From NCBI GenBank assembly GCA_029953675.1, contig JAMWBK010000010.1, positions 186,001 through 250,000 of the forward strand: a stretch of 64,000 nt of DNA, read 5' to 3'. The DNA is from Rhodosorus marinus CCMP1338. Lineage: Eukaryota; Plantae; Rhodophyta. Both the position numbers and the translations under genes were made by a program. This document shows, in pieces, positions 10,544 to 21,734 of the stretch. The notes beneath the pieces are model-generated. The model saw only the letters and a program-made list of their open reading frames with translations, made no database searches and was not told where the DNA came from. Position 1 is the stretch's first letter. Each line of letters starts with the position of its first letter.

Positions 10544-11819
10544 CGGGGTTCCAGTAAGTTTCACCCTAGATAGGATTAGACGTAGTGTTGCGCTGCAGTA
10601 GGCAGCTGCCCAGTAAAGCTTACGGTTACAGCTTCAATCGCCGACTGGAAGTGCACTCTAGGGCTTCTCCGTCGAAGAAAGCACCCATGCTTTTCTTTTC
10701 AAGTCTGTTCAGCTATAGTACAATGTTCTAGTGATGCCCTCCTAAGAGAGAAAAGAGGGCCCACGACGGTGACCGCTCGTTAGTCGGTGTGGGTCTACTT
10801 GCCTTCTTCCAGCATTTCAACGGAAATTTCTCGCGGCTGCCTTCGACTGCTTGATGGCCCGGGAAGAAATGAATTGGGGATTGCGGACCGGGGATGTCTC
10901 TGAATACAATGTACGCGCGATCCCGTGTATTTTATGATGGAAGCTATTCACAGGCTATGGACGCATCGATGGCCAAAGTTGGGTTGGTATACGTATTCGA
11001 CCGGCGAACAGGTGATATCCCGGCATCTGGTATGCACTGCCTTTCGCAGCTGCCTGAGTGGATTTCATCCCCGTGATCTTTCTCATGACCTTTATCATGG
11101 GAGACCTTGTGGAGTGGTTTCATCCCGCTCTAAGGAAATCGAAACGCTTCAAAAGCGCGGGAAATTCACCGTTCCTCAAAAAGGAGAACCGAGAGAAAAA
11201 TTAGTGCGGAGCAGAATGGGACAATATTTGAGCCAGGCCCAATCCCTTTCTTCATTTTGAAAAGAAAAAACAGTTTTGAATGGGACAAGGAGGGGACAAC
11301 AACAACAACCGGGACAAAAACGGAGACATAGACAAACCGTTGAGAAACAAAGAGGTTGCGTTTGCCAGGGTTGATAAAAATATCTTCTGCATCTTCTTGA
11401 ATTAAGGATACAATTAGAGGCTTGATTCGCATTTCGACATTTATTCGACATTGATATTTAAAAACATTCAACCCCCTCTTCTTCGTCCTTTCGAATCCTC
11501 TGATAATGAGGGAAAGGGGGGTCGTAAGGAGGGAAGGGGGTTCGAGAGGAGGGAAGGGGGTTAAGCTTTGTCCACCGGAACATCCTCCGATCCCAAGTAA
11601 ATTTCGTAATAACTTGAGAAAAACAATATTTTGTTGGGGGGTAGTCTTTTGTTTGTTTTTCCTCATCCGGGACCACATATAGTTTTAAATATTTCGAAAA
11701 CAATGAAACTGTTAAGGGGAGAGGAACCCCCCGTCTCCCGCTACCCCAATTCCCCTCTCTTTCAGTTTAGTTTGGAGTTTGGTGGTGGTTCTTCTCTTCT
11801 TTTGTTAGTTCGCCTTTGA

Positions 11820-11945
11820 GAGATATAGACAGAGACTCTCTCTCTCTCTCTCTCTGTGTCTCTCCTCTCAGACAGAGAGAGAGATATCGCTCTGTGTGTT
11901 TAAACTTTGAGACTCTCACTCTCTCACTGGGAGAGAGAGATATCG
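11820..11945. repeat. (CT)n/(GA)n low-complexity microsatellite patch
   Basis: ctctctctctctctctctct and gagagagaga runs are directly visible. Confidence 0.7.
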
Positions 11946-12362
11946 CGGATTACTAAAGCTGGGTTTAGCTTTAATAATCTGTGAGGAGGAGTACAAAAGA
12001 CGGATATCTATTTTTTTAGCTTTAATAATTTGTTAGGAGGTGTGGGGGAGGGCGGACGAGGAGAGAGATATTCTTAGTTAATTTTTTTGGAGCAAGGTAA
12101 ATCTGAGGGACTTTGTACAGAAATGGAGATGATGATGACTATATGAAGGACAGACAATCAAGTCTGAAAGTGGTAGAGTTCTGAAGAAGGGATGGCGGGA
12201 GTTTGGAGGTAGGAGGGGGCTGATTGGGGAAGGTTTTAAGAGAGTTTTCTGTTTGATGAGGATGTGCTAGACGATGAAGTTTGGAGGGTAACCTTTTGTT
12301 GCTTGTTGTCCTCGGGGTTGGTTTTGGTGTCGCTCGGGAGGTCCTTTTCACGTACCGAACGG

Positions 12363-13993
12363 ATGGCTACCCGGCCGGTGATGGTCTGGGTGAGATTTGT
12401 TTCACAGCTTTTGCTGTTGCTACTGGTCTCACTCTCGACAGTGAACGGCACTGGACAAATTGCTATTGTCGCGCTCGACGCGAGAACGTCAGAGTATGTT
12501 TGTGTTGTCACTGCATGCGAGCCGGGCTTGATCAGGTTTTGCGGCGGAGTTCCTAGCATTGGCGTGGTCTTTTCGGGAGGGGCTGCAAGGAGAAATTGCG
12601 TGCGCTTCAATCAGTGTCCAGCACGGGATTTAATGGTCGTGGACATGCAGACTCCAGACAGGCCCGACGGCTTTACTGGACAACTGGTCGCGACGGCGTC
12701 CCAAGAATGTGTAGACCCCGGGTTCCAGACTCGGTTAAACGCTGCCATAGTGTTGCAAAATGAACAGGGAAAGGAGGAAGCTGGTACGGGTCGGTTCGTC
12801 GGGGCGAGCACTGCTACCTTCAACGAAACGCAAAGAGAGACTTATTTGAACGGCGACTTGACCGTCCTCGTCATGGCTTCGAATGCAACTGATTTGGCAA
12901 CCAGTTTAGAGCCGATAGAATACTTTGGAACGAGAAGAGGGCAGAATGCTAGGGTGAGCCTGGCGGAGCGCGCCGTGGAGGCATTGTTTTCTGGCATATC
13001 AGAGGAGAGTTATCTCAATGATTGTGGTCCGTTGCCCGGCACGGATGGCCGAACCTTCACAAGTTCAGCGACGTTGTACTTTAATGATACGGAGTTCCTG
13101 ATCACCGATGAGGTTTTCGATGAGCCGCTGAATGCTATACAAGCGACCATGATCGAACGTATCGCGAGCTGTCTCGCTGAGGGTACACCGCTTTGTGGAG
13201 GGAAGAGCAATTTCGGGAATCCGAGCACGAGCGACGTAAGTCTTATCCGGAAATCCAGGATTTGTAGATTCTTGTTCAAATGTGATTATCCCAGACAAGT
13301 GCTAAGGTCCCGTCTTCTGTTATTTGGTATTCCAGTGGGGCGTCCCACGCTCTTGCTCCAATGCGTGCTTTCCGGCCGAAGCCCTCGTTGAACTTGAGGA
13401 TGGATCACAGAAGAGAATGGATGGCTTATCTATTGGCGATCGAGTTCTAGTCGAAAATGGGGTTTACTCTGACGTGTACGCTTTCTCACACAACGTGGTT
13501 CATGGCAGTTTCGAGTTCACGCGAATTGAAACGGAGTCCGGTAAGCGTTTGGATCCGGGAAGGATCGCACTATAGGATTCATTGTTGATCGCCGTTTATT
13601 TTCTTTTGTTGGCGGTGATTCGTATGTTCAGGGTACACAGTTGTACTTTCTGGCAAGCATTATCTGTATCTTGATGGCCGGGCTGTGGTTGCCGAGAAGG
13701 CCAGGGTGGGCCAGTATGTGGAGCTTGGCTCAGGAAGATTGGATAGGGTTAAGGCCGTTCGATTTGTCATAGGGAGGGGACTTGTCAATCCACAGACTCT
13801 TCAAGGAGACATTGTTGTTAATAATGTGCGGTGCTCGACGTTTACAAGGCACGTGGAACCACGACTTGCGAGGTTGCTTCTTTGGCCGTTGAGGTTGATC
13901 TACACCATTTTTGGATACGGCATCAATCTGGCTAGCCCGAGCGAGCGATTAGCATCGCTGATGCCTCGCGGTGACGACTCTTACCACTGCTAA
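12363..13993 (+). CDS. Secreted Hint (Hog)-domain autoprocessing protein, 3 exons
   Basis: Signal peptide (MVWVRFVSQLLLLLLVSLSTVNG). Introns at 13236-13335 and 13541-13631 keep frame. Hint motifs: A/CFPAEALVELEDG, LSIGDRV, YSDVYAFSH, VLSGKHYL, NPQTLQGDIVVNNVRCSTFT. A hydrophobic SRR/ARR-like tail follows. Confidence 0.85.
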
Positions 13994-14484
13994 GCGTACG
14001 ACGGAGGCTCCACCGAACATCGTTCTGGCAGCCCGAGTAGGAGGGCTTTCCAGTTTGGAAGAATTGTTTTCTAAAGCCGGGATAATGCAGGCTCCAGACT
14101 GACGATGCAACAGGCGAGAACTGTCTCGGTTTCGGTTTTCTGCCGATTCCTCGGGGGAAAATAATACCCGGGGCCGACGGCACTAACCGAACGGTGAGGA
14201 CTCATCTCCACCACGGCTTTGTAGGTTTTCGGTCGTGCCACAAAAATGGAGAACCCCATCACCCTCTCGACCGTAATCTGTTAATATATATATATATTTT
14301 TTCAAGCAAGAGTCTTACCAAGCAGAGAGTCATTCTCAAAAGAAGGTCAAAGTTGGGAACTCAGGCCTTCCCTGGAATCGTGCTTGGCAGCAAGAGGCAA
14401 AGGTTCGCACCCATCATACCTCATTCCGGAATCTCTGCCCTCTCCTATATCTTACAAAATGTCAATTCCAATTTTACTATTACA

Positions 14485-15344
14485 CTACGAGCGGGATAAA
14501 GCAGTTAGTCCACCCAAGCCCCAAAAGTTTACGGCCGCGCCTTGGGTTTCAAGATTCCATTCTTTCCCATCTGAGCAGGGCCGCTTTGTCTCATTCTTGC
14601 TCGACGTCTCCTGTTCAAGAACGATTTTGTGAACGAATACGGCATTACCTGCACACAAACAAGTTCGAAAACAAGTTGCCAATCGGTCAGCAGAAGATCT
14701 TGCTTTTTCCGCAGCAAACTGGTCCGCAAGACCCAGCTGGCCCCTTACCTTGTCCTTCTCAATCACAAGCCAAAGAAAGAGCAAAGAGCACATGATGTAC
14801 GAAATTAACGCGCTTGCTGGGTTTGCACCTGCAAGATAGAGACAAGCAAGAGCCACCAAATCAGAGAGGTTAGATAGATCGCAAACCGACGACTAGGCGT
14901 CACGACTACGGCAGTACCTTCGTGCTGCAGTTTCGCTGGAAGGCTCAGTATGAAGTATACTCCGATTGTAATCAGACCGCTGCACTGCAAAAACGGACTT
15001 GAGGTCCACTCTCCGTCAAGGGACGCGCGTATCTGACAGATGGTCATTGCCCAGAACAGGAACGATTGCATCACGACAAACAGATCGAAGCCGACCGGGT
15101 GCTTGTCATGGACTACAATCAACAAGTCTCTCCAGTACAGAAGCGTAGCAAAGGTGCAGAGACATGACAAAACGCCAAAGTAACCGCTACCCATCATCAC
15201 CACGTGATCCAAAGTTAAATTCGACAAGCTCCTTTTCACTTGAAATAGGACCGACAGCACTAACACAATCGGGAACAATACCATCAGGTACAGCAGAATC
15301 GCCAGCATGAAGCTGTTAAGCGATGACGGATTCGACCCTCCCAT
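14485..15344 (-). CDS. Hypothetical multi-pass membrane protein (about 6-7 hydrophobic segments), at least 2 exons
   Basis: ORFs 14805-15344 and 14485-14859 carry successive hydrophobic stretches and a polar C-tail. No family was recognised. Confidence 0.5.
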
Positions 15345-15398
15345 GGTCTGCTTGACTGCACGCGAGCAGAGCGATACGAAAACGATTAAATTCGTCAG

Positions 15399-16190
15399 TC
15401 ATCTCCGCTTTTTTGCACGGAGACTATTCAATAATATAACTGGTCCGATTTTACGGTGTGCAGGACGTTCCGTACTTGTAGAGAGGCCCTCAATTGCAGG
15501 ATTCATGGTATCTCGGGTCAGCTTAAACGCCTCCCTCATCATCGGCGAGATGCTTGCACTTTCACTGAGCCAGGTCTCTAGGTCCAGGTGCTTGAGACCA
15601 TCCTCAACGTTGTCAAGCCTGTCTTTCAAATCCTGAATCATTGAGAAGCGCTCCGTTTAAACGGGATGTTCGACTAATTCTGGGTGTGCCGCAGGCCGGT
15701 AGGGATCAATACCTCAAGTCGAGTTTGAGCGTGCTTCAGGTCGACCTCCGCAGTTCTACGCTCCGCTTCAAGTGAATCTAGGTTACGAGTGAGCGCTGGA
15801 AGCGCGCTTTTCACACTCTGCAGATTTTCGGTATACTGCCGTTTCACCTCCTGCTCCTGCTCTCGTAAGTCAAGCATTGTATTCAAGCTCTTCTGTTGCA
15901 GCCGAGTCCTTTCCTTCATCTTCTCCAACGTCCCAGCGATTTCTTGTTTCTTGTGCGACAAGGAAATGAGCCTATCCCGCTTCGCGTTCACTGAATCCCG
16001 TAGCTCCTTGCCAGGTTCCGCTAGTTTCTGCTCTCCAACTGGTGCGGTTCCATCCGTCGGGACCTTACCATCGTTATTCTAAGCGCGACGGAACGGGATC
16101 AGAGAAACTAAACATGTGAGACCTAATAGCGACTTGCTCAAAAGAGCTTATCAAGGCTGAGCCATACCACATCCGGAACAGCTGCATCAT
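15399..16190 (-). CDS. Hypothetical coiled-coil protein, multi-exon
   Basis: Heptad/charge-rich ORFs at 15674-15991 and 15399-15641 lie on the same strand, downstream of a strand-skewed upstream tract. Start is uncertain. Confidence 0.45.
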
Positions 16191-17381
16191 TCGATCCTGA
16201 GGACCGGCGAATAATGGCGGGACGGTGTTCCTCCTGTCCCAACTCTGCACCTTCCAGACCATCCTGATCCGGGGAAATCAATACTTCACGTACAAGCTTT
16301 TCACTATTTACACTCTCAGCCCCTTCATTTTCGACCACGACACCACCAACCCAAGTAACCCCAATCACAAACCAGATCCAGCATATCTTAAAACGCATTT
16401 TTTCTAAAAAAGGAAGAAAGCAGCCTCTCCCTCCTTGCCTCACCTAAACCATCTCACCTCGCAAACATCCCCAGAACAAGCGCTTGGCATCCTGTCCCAT
16501 ACCAAACCAAAACCCTACTTTCGCCAAACACCTATATTCATCCAAAATCGTCCCCACCAACGCATTCAACAATAAATTTTTCTCACGTACCTTGATTACA
16601 ATTCCACACCCCAATTCCAACAATCACTTTTTGTCCCCCAAAAATCCCAACTACCCTATCCAACCTTAGCTTGCTCATCCTTCTCCCCACCCCGTCTTCC
16701 TCTCTCCTATGTCCATCAGCGCTGGCCAGCCGCCAGAATTTCTTGTTAGGTGTCTAGTGTCATGACATGAAACTCTGTCCCTCCCACACCAAAGACTCAC
16801 CTTTTTCCAAATAAAACATGAAGTGATTGGTCACCGCTTAAAAAAAGTAAAATTTTGAGAAACCTTTTTTTCAGCTATGCTATGTACAATATTTTAAAGC
16901 AAAAATCTCCAATATCTGACTATACGTTAATAGTTATGCAGAATCCACTATTTTAGAATTTTTTAGGATTAATATTAATTATGTTTTAAAATTAATTAGG
17001 TTATGGTGTACAGATTTGGCTTGTTCTGCTCTTGTTTTGGAGAGTAGTGCGAAAACCACGTCTATGGCCAAATTCGCGAGCGTACAGTATAATACGATTC
17101 ATGTAATGTTTATAGTTACGATGAAGAGTTCTGTCCCAAGCGTGGCACCGGAGAGCCGTGTCCCAGCGGGACACGCGTGTTGTCGGTTTTGGGGGTTAAA
17201 GAAGTCCGGGCGCGAGAGGATCGGCAAGGAGGTAGGACGAAGGACGAAGGACGATGGAGGAAAAAGGTTGGGAGTGATTTACCTGAGATAGATCGACTAT
17301 TTGTGAATTCCCTTGGGATAGATAAATTAGTTTGCGTTTGTAAGGCAGTGTAGTTTTTTTCGTGATTTGAAACTTGGAAGT

Positions 17382-18039
17382 ATGGCTGCGATGCGTAGGA
17401 GTACGGCTCGACTTCCTCCGGAGGTTAATCGTGTTCTCTATGTGAGGTAAGTGGAAAGGCCTTTTTTGATGAGTACTGCCATTTTTGAGTGTTTGCGAAG
17501 AAATGTCTCGGTTACTTTATTTGGAGAGCTTATGCAGTTGTTTGTCGCTTGTTTGGGGCTCAGGAATTTACCCTTTAAAATCACTTCGGAAGAAATGTAT
17601 GATATCTTTGGCAAGTACGGAGCGATACGACAGATTCGACTTGGTAACACCCCTGAAACAAGAGGCACGGCCTATGTAGTCTATGAAGATATTTTCGATG
17701 CGAAGAACGCGGTAGATCACTTAAGCGGATTCAACGTCGCCGGGAGGTATTTGATTGTAAGATATATCAAAGCAAGAGCTTGCTGCGAGCCATGTATCCG
17801 CCGAAACGATTTGACGCTAACGAGAAGATATGCTTGTGTTTCCGAACTTTTTTCAGGTCCTCTTTCATCAGCAAAGCAAGTTACTCAAGAAGACAGACAC
17901 GCAGAAGAAGAAGGAAGAATTGGAAAAAGCAAGGGTATGCACTTTCGTGAACCTCTTCCTTTCATCTCAGAAACCGGAACTTTCTCTAAGACGCTTCTGC
18001 TCTTATGTCTTTCAGGAAGCCTATGGCCTTGCCGAATGA
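17382..18039 (+). CDS. SF3B6: Splicing factor 3B subunit 6 (p14), 4 exons
   Basis: [71 protein letters not shown] is the diagnostic p14 RRM. GT-AG introns are present. Confidence 0.95.
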
Positions 18040-18508
18040 TACGAGGAACCATGGCAGGAGTTTATACTTGATCTGTCAGGTCCTTCCCGGCAAGTGTTCT
18101 TATCCCAAATCTGTGTTCAGAACCATATCTTTTTGTACATAGGAAGTCATACAAAAACGGCGAGAGCATTCATGGCTCGTCTTGGTTCTCCAGAGACGGA
18201 GCCTCTGAGCTAGGCGCTTCACGATGGTAGACTCGAGTTGTGGCGAATGCATTGTGAACATATCTAAGATGGTCGAAGAGCCTTAGGACTACTGTTGTGG
18301 ATAGTTTCTGTTGATCTCAAGAAGCTAAGTCTTGTAGTATTACAAACGTTGAGCGGGTGTTCATTCATGTTGTGAGTGAGTTATCCGTTTTATATTTGGT
18401 TTGTCGTCGTGCCCAGCGGACTAGCTGCTTGCTGTTTGGAAGGTAGCCGTTCCGACGTCTCGAAGCATCTGCAAAGAAACAATGTTGTTTTAGCGCCATT
18501 CCGACACA

Positions 18509-20129
18509 TCAGCTTTTCGCCTGGATCTCAAGCGCTGACGCGGACTCTACGCTTACCTCAAGGTGCCTTACGTGTCGAGCTATGGCACTTTGGTCGGGCT
18601 CAGGCATATCCTGCACTCTGTCAGCTTCCCAAAGATTGGCACTCTCCTTTCGCAGCGATTCGAGGATCTCCCTTCCTTTCGTAAGCCCAAAGCTCTGCGG
18701 TACAAGAGCACTATCCCCCCGCATTGCATTCGCATCATCGCTCATCGATACTGGTGTTGATTCAAACCTCCGCGGCAATCGTTTCTGCGCGTTGATTGAG
18801 GCGACTAGTTTGTCTCGCGGAGAACTAGCCCTACACCTAGCCAAAAAAGATCAGAAAGACTTTGAGCTATCCAGAGCACAGACGCCATCGGAGACTCCTT
18901 TCAACCTCAGCTCACTTGGCTCCAATTTCGTCAACCAGCTCATAAGCAGCATGCGCCTATTCAATTAATCCCAACAAACGCTTCCATTCAGCAAACGCGA
19001 GTCGACAGGGAAAGAAACCGCCTCAACTTCCATCCGCAGATCTCCACGTGGACACTAAGCCACTAAACAGCCGAACACATACTACGGCACAATACGAGAG
19101 AGATTACTTACCTTCTCAGGCTGTCCAAGCTCATCATACAAAACACCAAGCGCGGCCCAGGCCCTTTCATCCTAATAACGAAAAGCAGACAAGAGTGAGT
19201 CCTTCAATTCCGATTCTGTCTACTTGTCCAAGAAGCTGAGCTGACGCTCGCTCCCAAAAGCGCTTGACCCGTCTATCGGCCAACAAATGAGGTTAAGAGA
19301 CCCTCGAAAACTAACATCCAAAGCTCGAGGCAGCACTCGATAATCACTCGATAAGCAATGTTCGATTCCTTTTTTTGTTCTCGAGATTGCTGTCGAGTGT
19401 TCGTTACTCAATATCTTGGGATGGTCTAGCGCATAAGACAAGGATGGCCTACGAGGTCTAAAGGGAAAGCGACAACGCGAATGTATCTACTAGAAACTCC
19501 AAAAACTGATAAGTCTACTAGTCGCCCCTCTTACCCGTGGTGATTCTTTTACATGATTCTCGAGGACGGTAACTGCGTTTGTATTCTGGGATTAAGAGGA
19601 GCATTATTCGAAAATCAGATTCGGCTGCTTTTCATTCGTATTTCGGGCTATTTTCTGGTTTACGCTTTCCGTGCTTACCAAGCCAGATCTTCTGAGCCTT
19701 CTCGCCATGGCGAGTGCCCGTGATGTCGACGCCGGTGACGACCTTAAACAGACCGGAAATCAATTTCTAATAGATTCAGAGGCGAGCCTTTTTTGCCCCG
19801 TATAGGGAAGTATGTCAAGCATCTGACTAGAGTATCTGTACCTCTCCATCTCAGGTAGCGCCGGCCTTTCTCAGACTCTTCTGAGTCTTTTTCTCCCTCT
19901 TTCTCAGCTTTTTCTCCTTATTTTCTTTCCTTCCTTTCTTCGTGAATCCCTCACCCTTCTTCTGCCTTCCCCTTCTTCTCGCCGCGCTCCCCTTCTGAAA
20001 CAACAGAGGACCATCCGATGGCTTCGCAAACGTACCTTGAAACCATAACCTCCCATCCACCGCCTCTCCCTTCTCCTCCCTCTCAGCTTTTCTCTTCCTG
20101 TTCATCAAACCTATATTACCCAAGACCAA
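18509..20129 (-). CDS. Possible multi-exon hypothetical gene, structure unresolved
   Basis: Several minus-strand ORFs (18509-18844, 19220-19441, 19851-20129), gtaag-type donor sites and the sense-strand G-rich upstream tract seen at other genes. No homology was recognised. Confidence 0.3.
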
Positions 20130-20369
20130 AAAAGGAAAACTCCAATCCTATATCACATCAACTCCCCCTCCCCCGCCCCCAAAACTTTCAACCTCACATC
20201 CAAACTATAAATCCCATTCACCCTACACAATGCTTTCGGTCTTCCCCTCAAGATATACCACCAATTCCTTTCACATCAATTTCTAACCTCATACCAGTTC
20301 GTGCCGCATTCACAGCCAGCCATCTTCATCATCATCCACTCCTTCAGCTCGCACGCTAACTCTTTGATG

Positions 20370-21100
20370 CCGACATTGTCGTTGTCCCCGTTCGCTTATT
20401 TATAGTGCCATGTCGTCTCGGCGACGAAGTCCTTGTTCACAATAGCGCCGGCAGCAAGTTGTTGAGGATACATTTGATTGCAGGTGTCATAATCATCTGG
20501 GTTCATGACGATACATCCTGTTCGCTTCAGTCAGTGAATTGGCTGCTCGCGGGCTAACTATGTAATCTTAATTGATGTCATGCCCAACCTCGGCGACGGT
20601 GTCCCATTGATTTCCCCGGCAGGAACGTTGTTGAGGGTACGTTTGTTTGCAAGTTTCATCATCGTCCATGTTCACTACTACAACACATCCTGTTCGCTTC
20701 AGTCAGTGGACTGGAGGCTCGTGCGCCAACTATGGGATGTGACATTGTCAATGTCCCCGCTCGCCCTCTTATTTAATGTCGCGGAAGGTTCCTTTGCTCC
20801 TCGACGATGTGCTTGAACCTTCCCAACAGGACGTTGTTAAGTTTAGGTTTGTTTTGCAAGTTGTTTCATCATCCATGTTCACTACGATACATCCTGCTCA
20901 CTTCAGTCAGCGAATTGACTGAAGCGTCTGTTAACTGGGTTTCATCGGAGAAGTTCTCTACGATGTCCTGTACGTCCAGCTCGCTTGTTGATCGAAGCGT
21001 TCATGGGGGTGGAGACGATGTCGCGTCCGTTGAAGCCTGCTGAAGCCTATTGGGATGGTTTCCTCATCCAAATTCACTACGAAATCACATCCAGTGTAGT
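20370..21100. repeat. Four diverged ~170-205 bp tandem units
   Basis: Recurrent core, read on the minus strand: CTGACTGAAG(C/T)GA(A/G)CAGGATGT..GTGAACATGGA(C/T)GATGA..AC.TGCAA. Confidence 0.7.
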
Positions 21101-21734
21101 GCGTTGAACGTTCTCTAACTGGTTTCATACACATGATCAAGACAGAAATTTCCCCTTCGCCGTTTTTTGATGTTTTGACTCTGTTAACTATTGCTGCTGG
21201 AGACGATGTCCGGTTCGCTGCAGGGTGGGTTGAGTGGGTCTTAAGAAGAACATATGGAACACTCTGAATGTTGATGACTGAGTGACAACGTCGTTTAGGT
21301 TGACGATTGATTGAGAAGGAGGAGGAAGAAGAACAAGTCAAGAGTTCCAATAATGGGAAGCCTGGTGCGTGGTCGAAGAGTTCTCTAGAAAGGAATGTGA
21401 ATTAGGACGAAGAGGAGATCAGAATTGTTGGGCATGATGTTGACATGACGGAAGATATAGATTACGTTTGGGGTTGGAAAGGTCCTAGCGAGTGGCGTTT
21501 TTGTGGGAGTTACTGAGGTATCTGAAGAGGATGGATTGGAACGTGGAGATTATCTAGGCAAGGAAATGGATTTGGATAAATAGGCAAAGAGCGTTTTGGA
21601 GGCAACGATGAACGGAGGTTGAGATGACGAACTATTTCCGGTGACCCTGTTGTTTTTTGGTTGGTTCACTTGTTGTTTTGCTGGGTTTCTTTGGTTCTAC
21701 CTTTTGGCGTCAAGGCCTGCGCTTCGAGAGGGGA

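Larger units (their letters stand above)
5304..10550 (+). mobile_element. Near-full-length REL-type non-LTR retrotransposon (CRE-like, 'family C'), disrupted upstream of RT; ends uncertain
   Basis: An N-terminal coding region is followed by RT, a CCHC knuckle and a restriction-like endonuclease (see the CDS entries). Confidence 0.85.

Noticed and set aside
5188-10550. CGGGGTT before the inverted fragment and right after the ORF2 stop as a TSD of the whole family C element
   Set aside because: It is only 7 bp, would leave no 3' UTR or tail, and the upstream copy is better explained as the duplication around the 108-bp insert.
10894-11076. VFYDGS...GLVYVF resembling an RNase H start
   Set aside because: The ORF is too short (60 aa) and has no downstream catalytic residues, so it cannot be supported.
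11166-11820. Overlapping ORFs with GGGAAGGGGG repeats
   Set aside because: These are products of purine/pyrimidine-skewed low-complexity DNA with no motifs.
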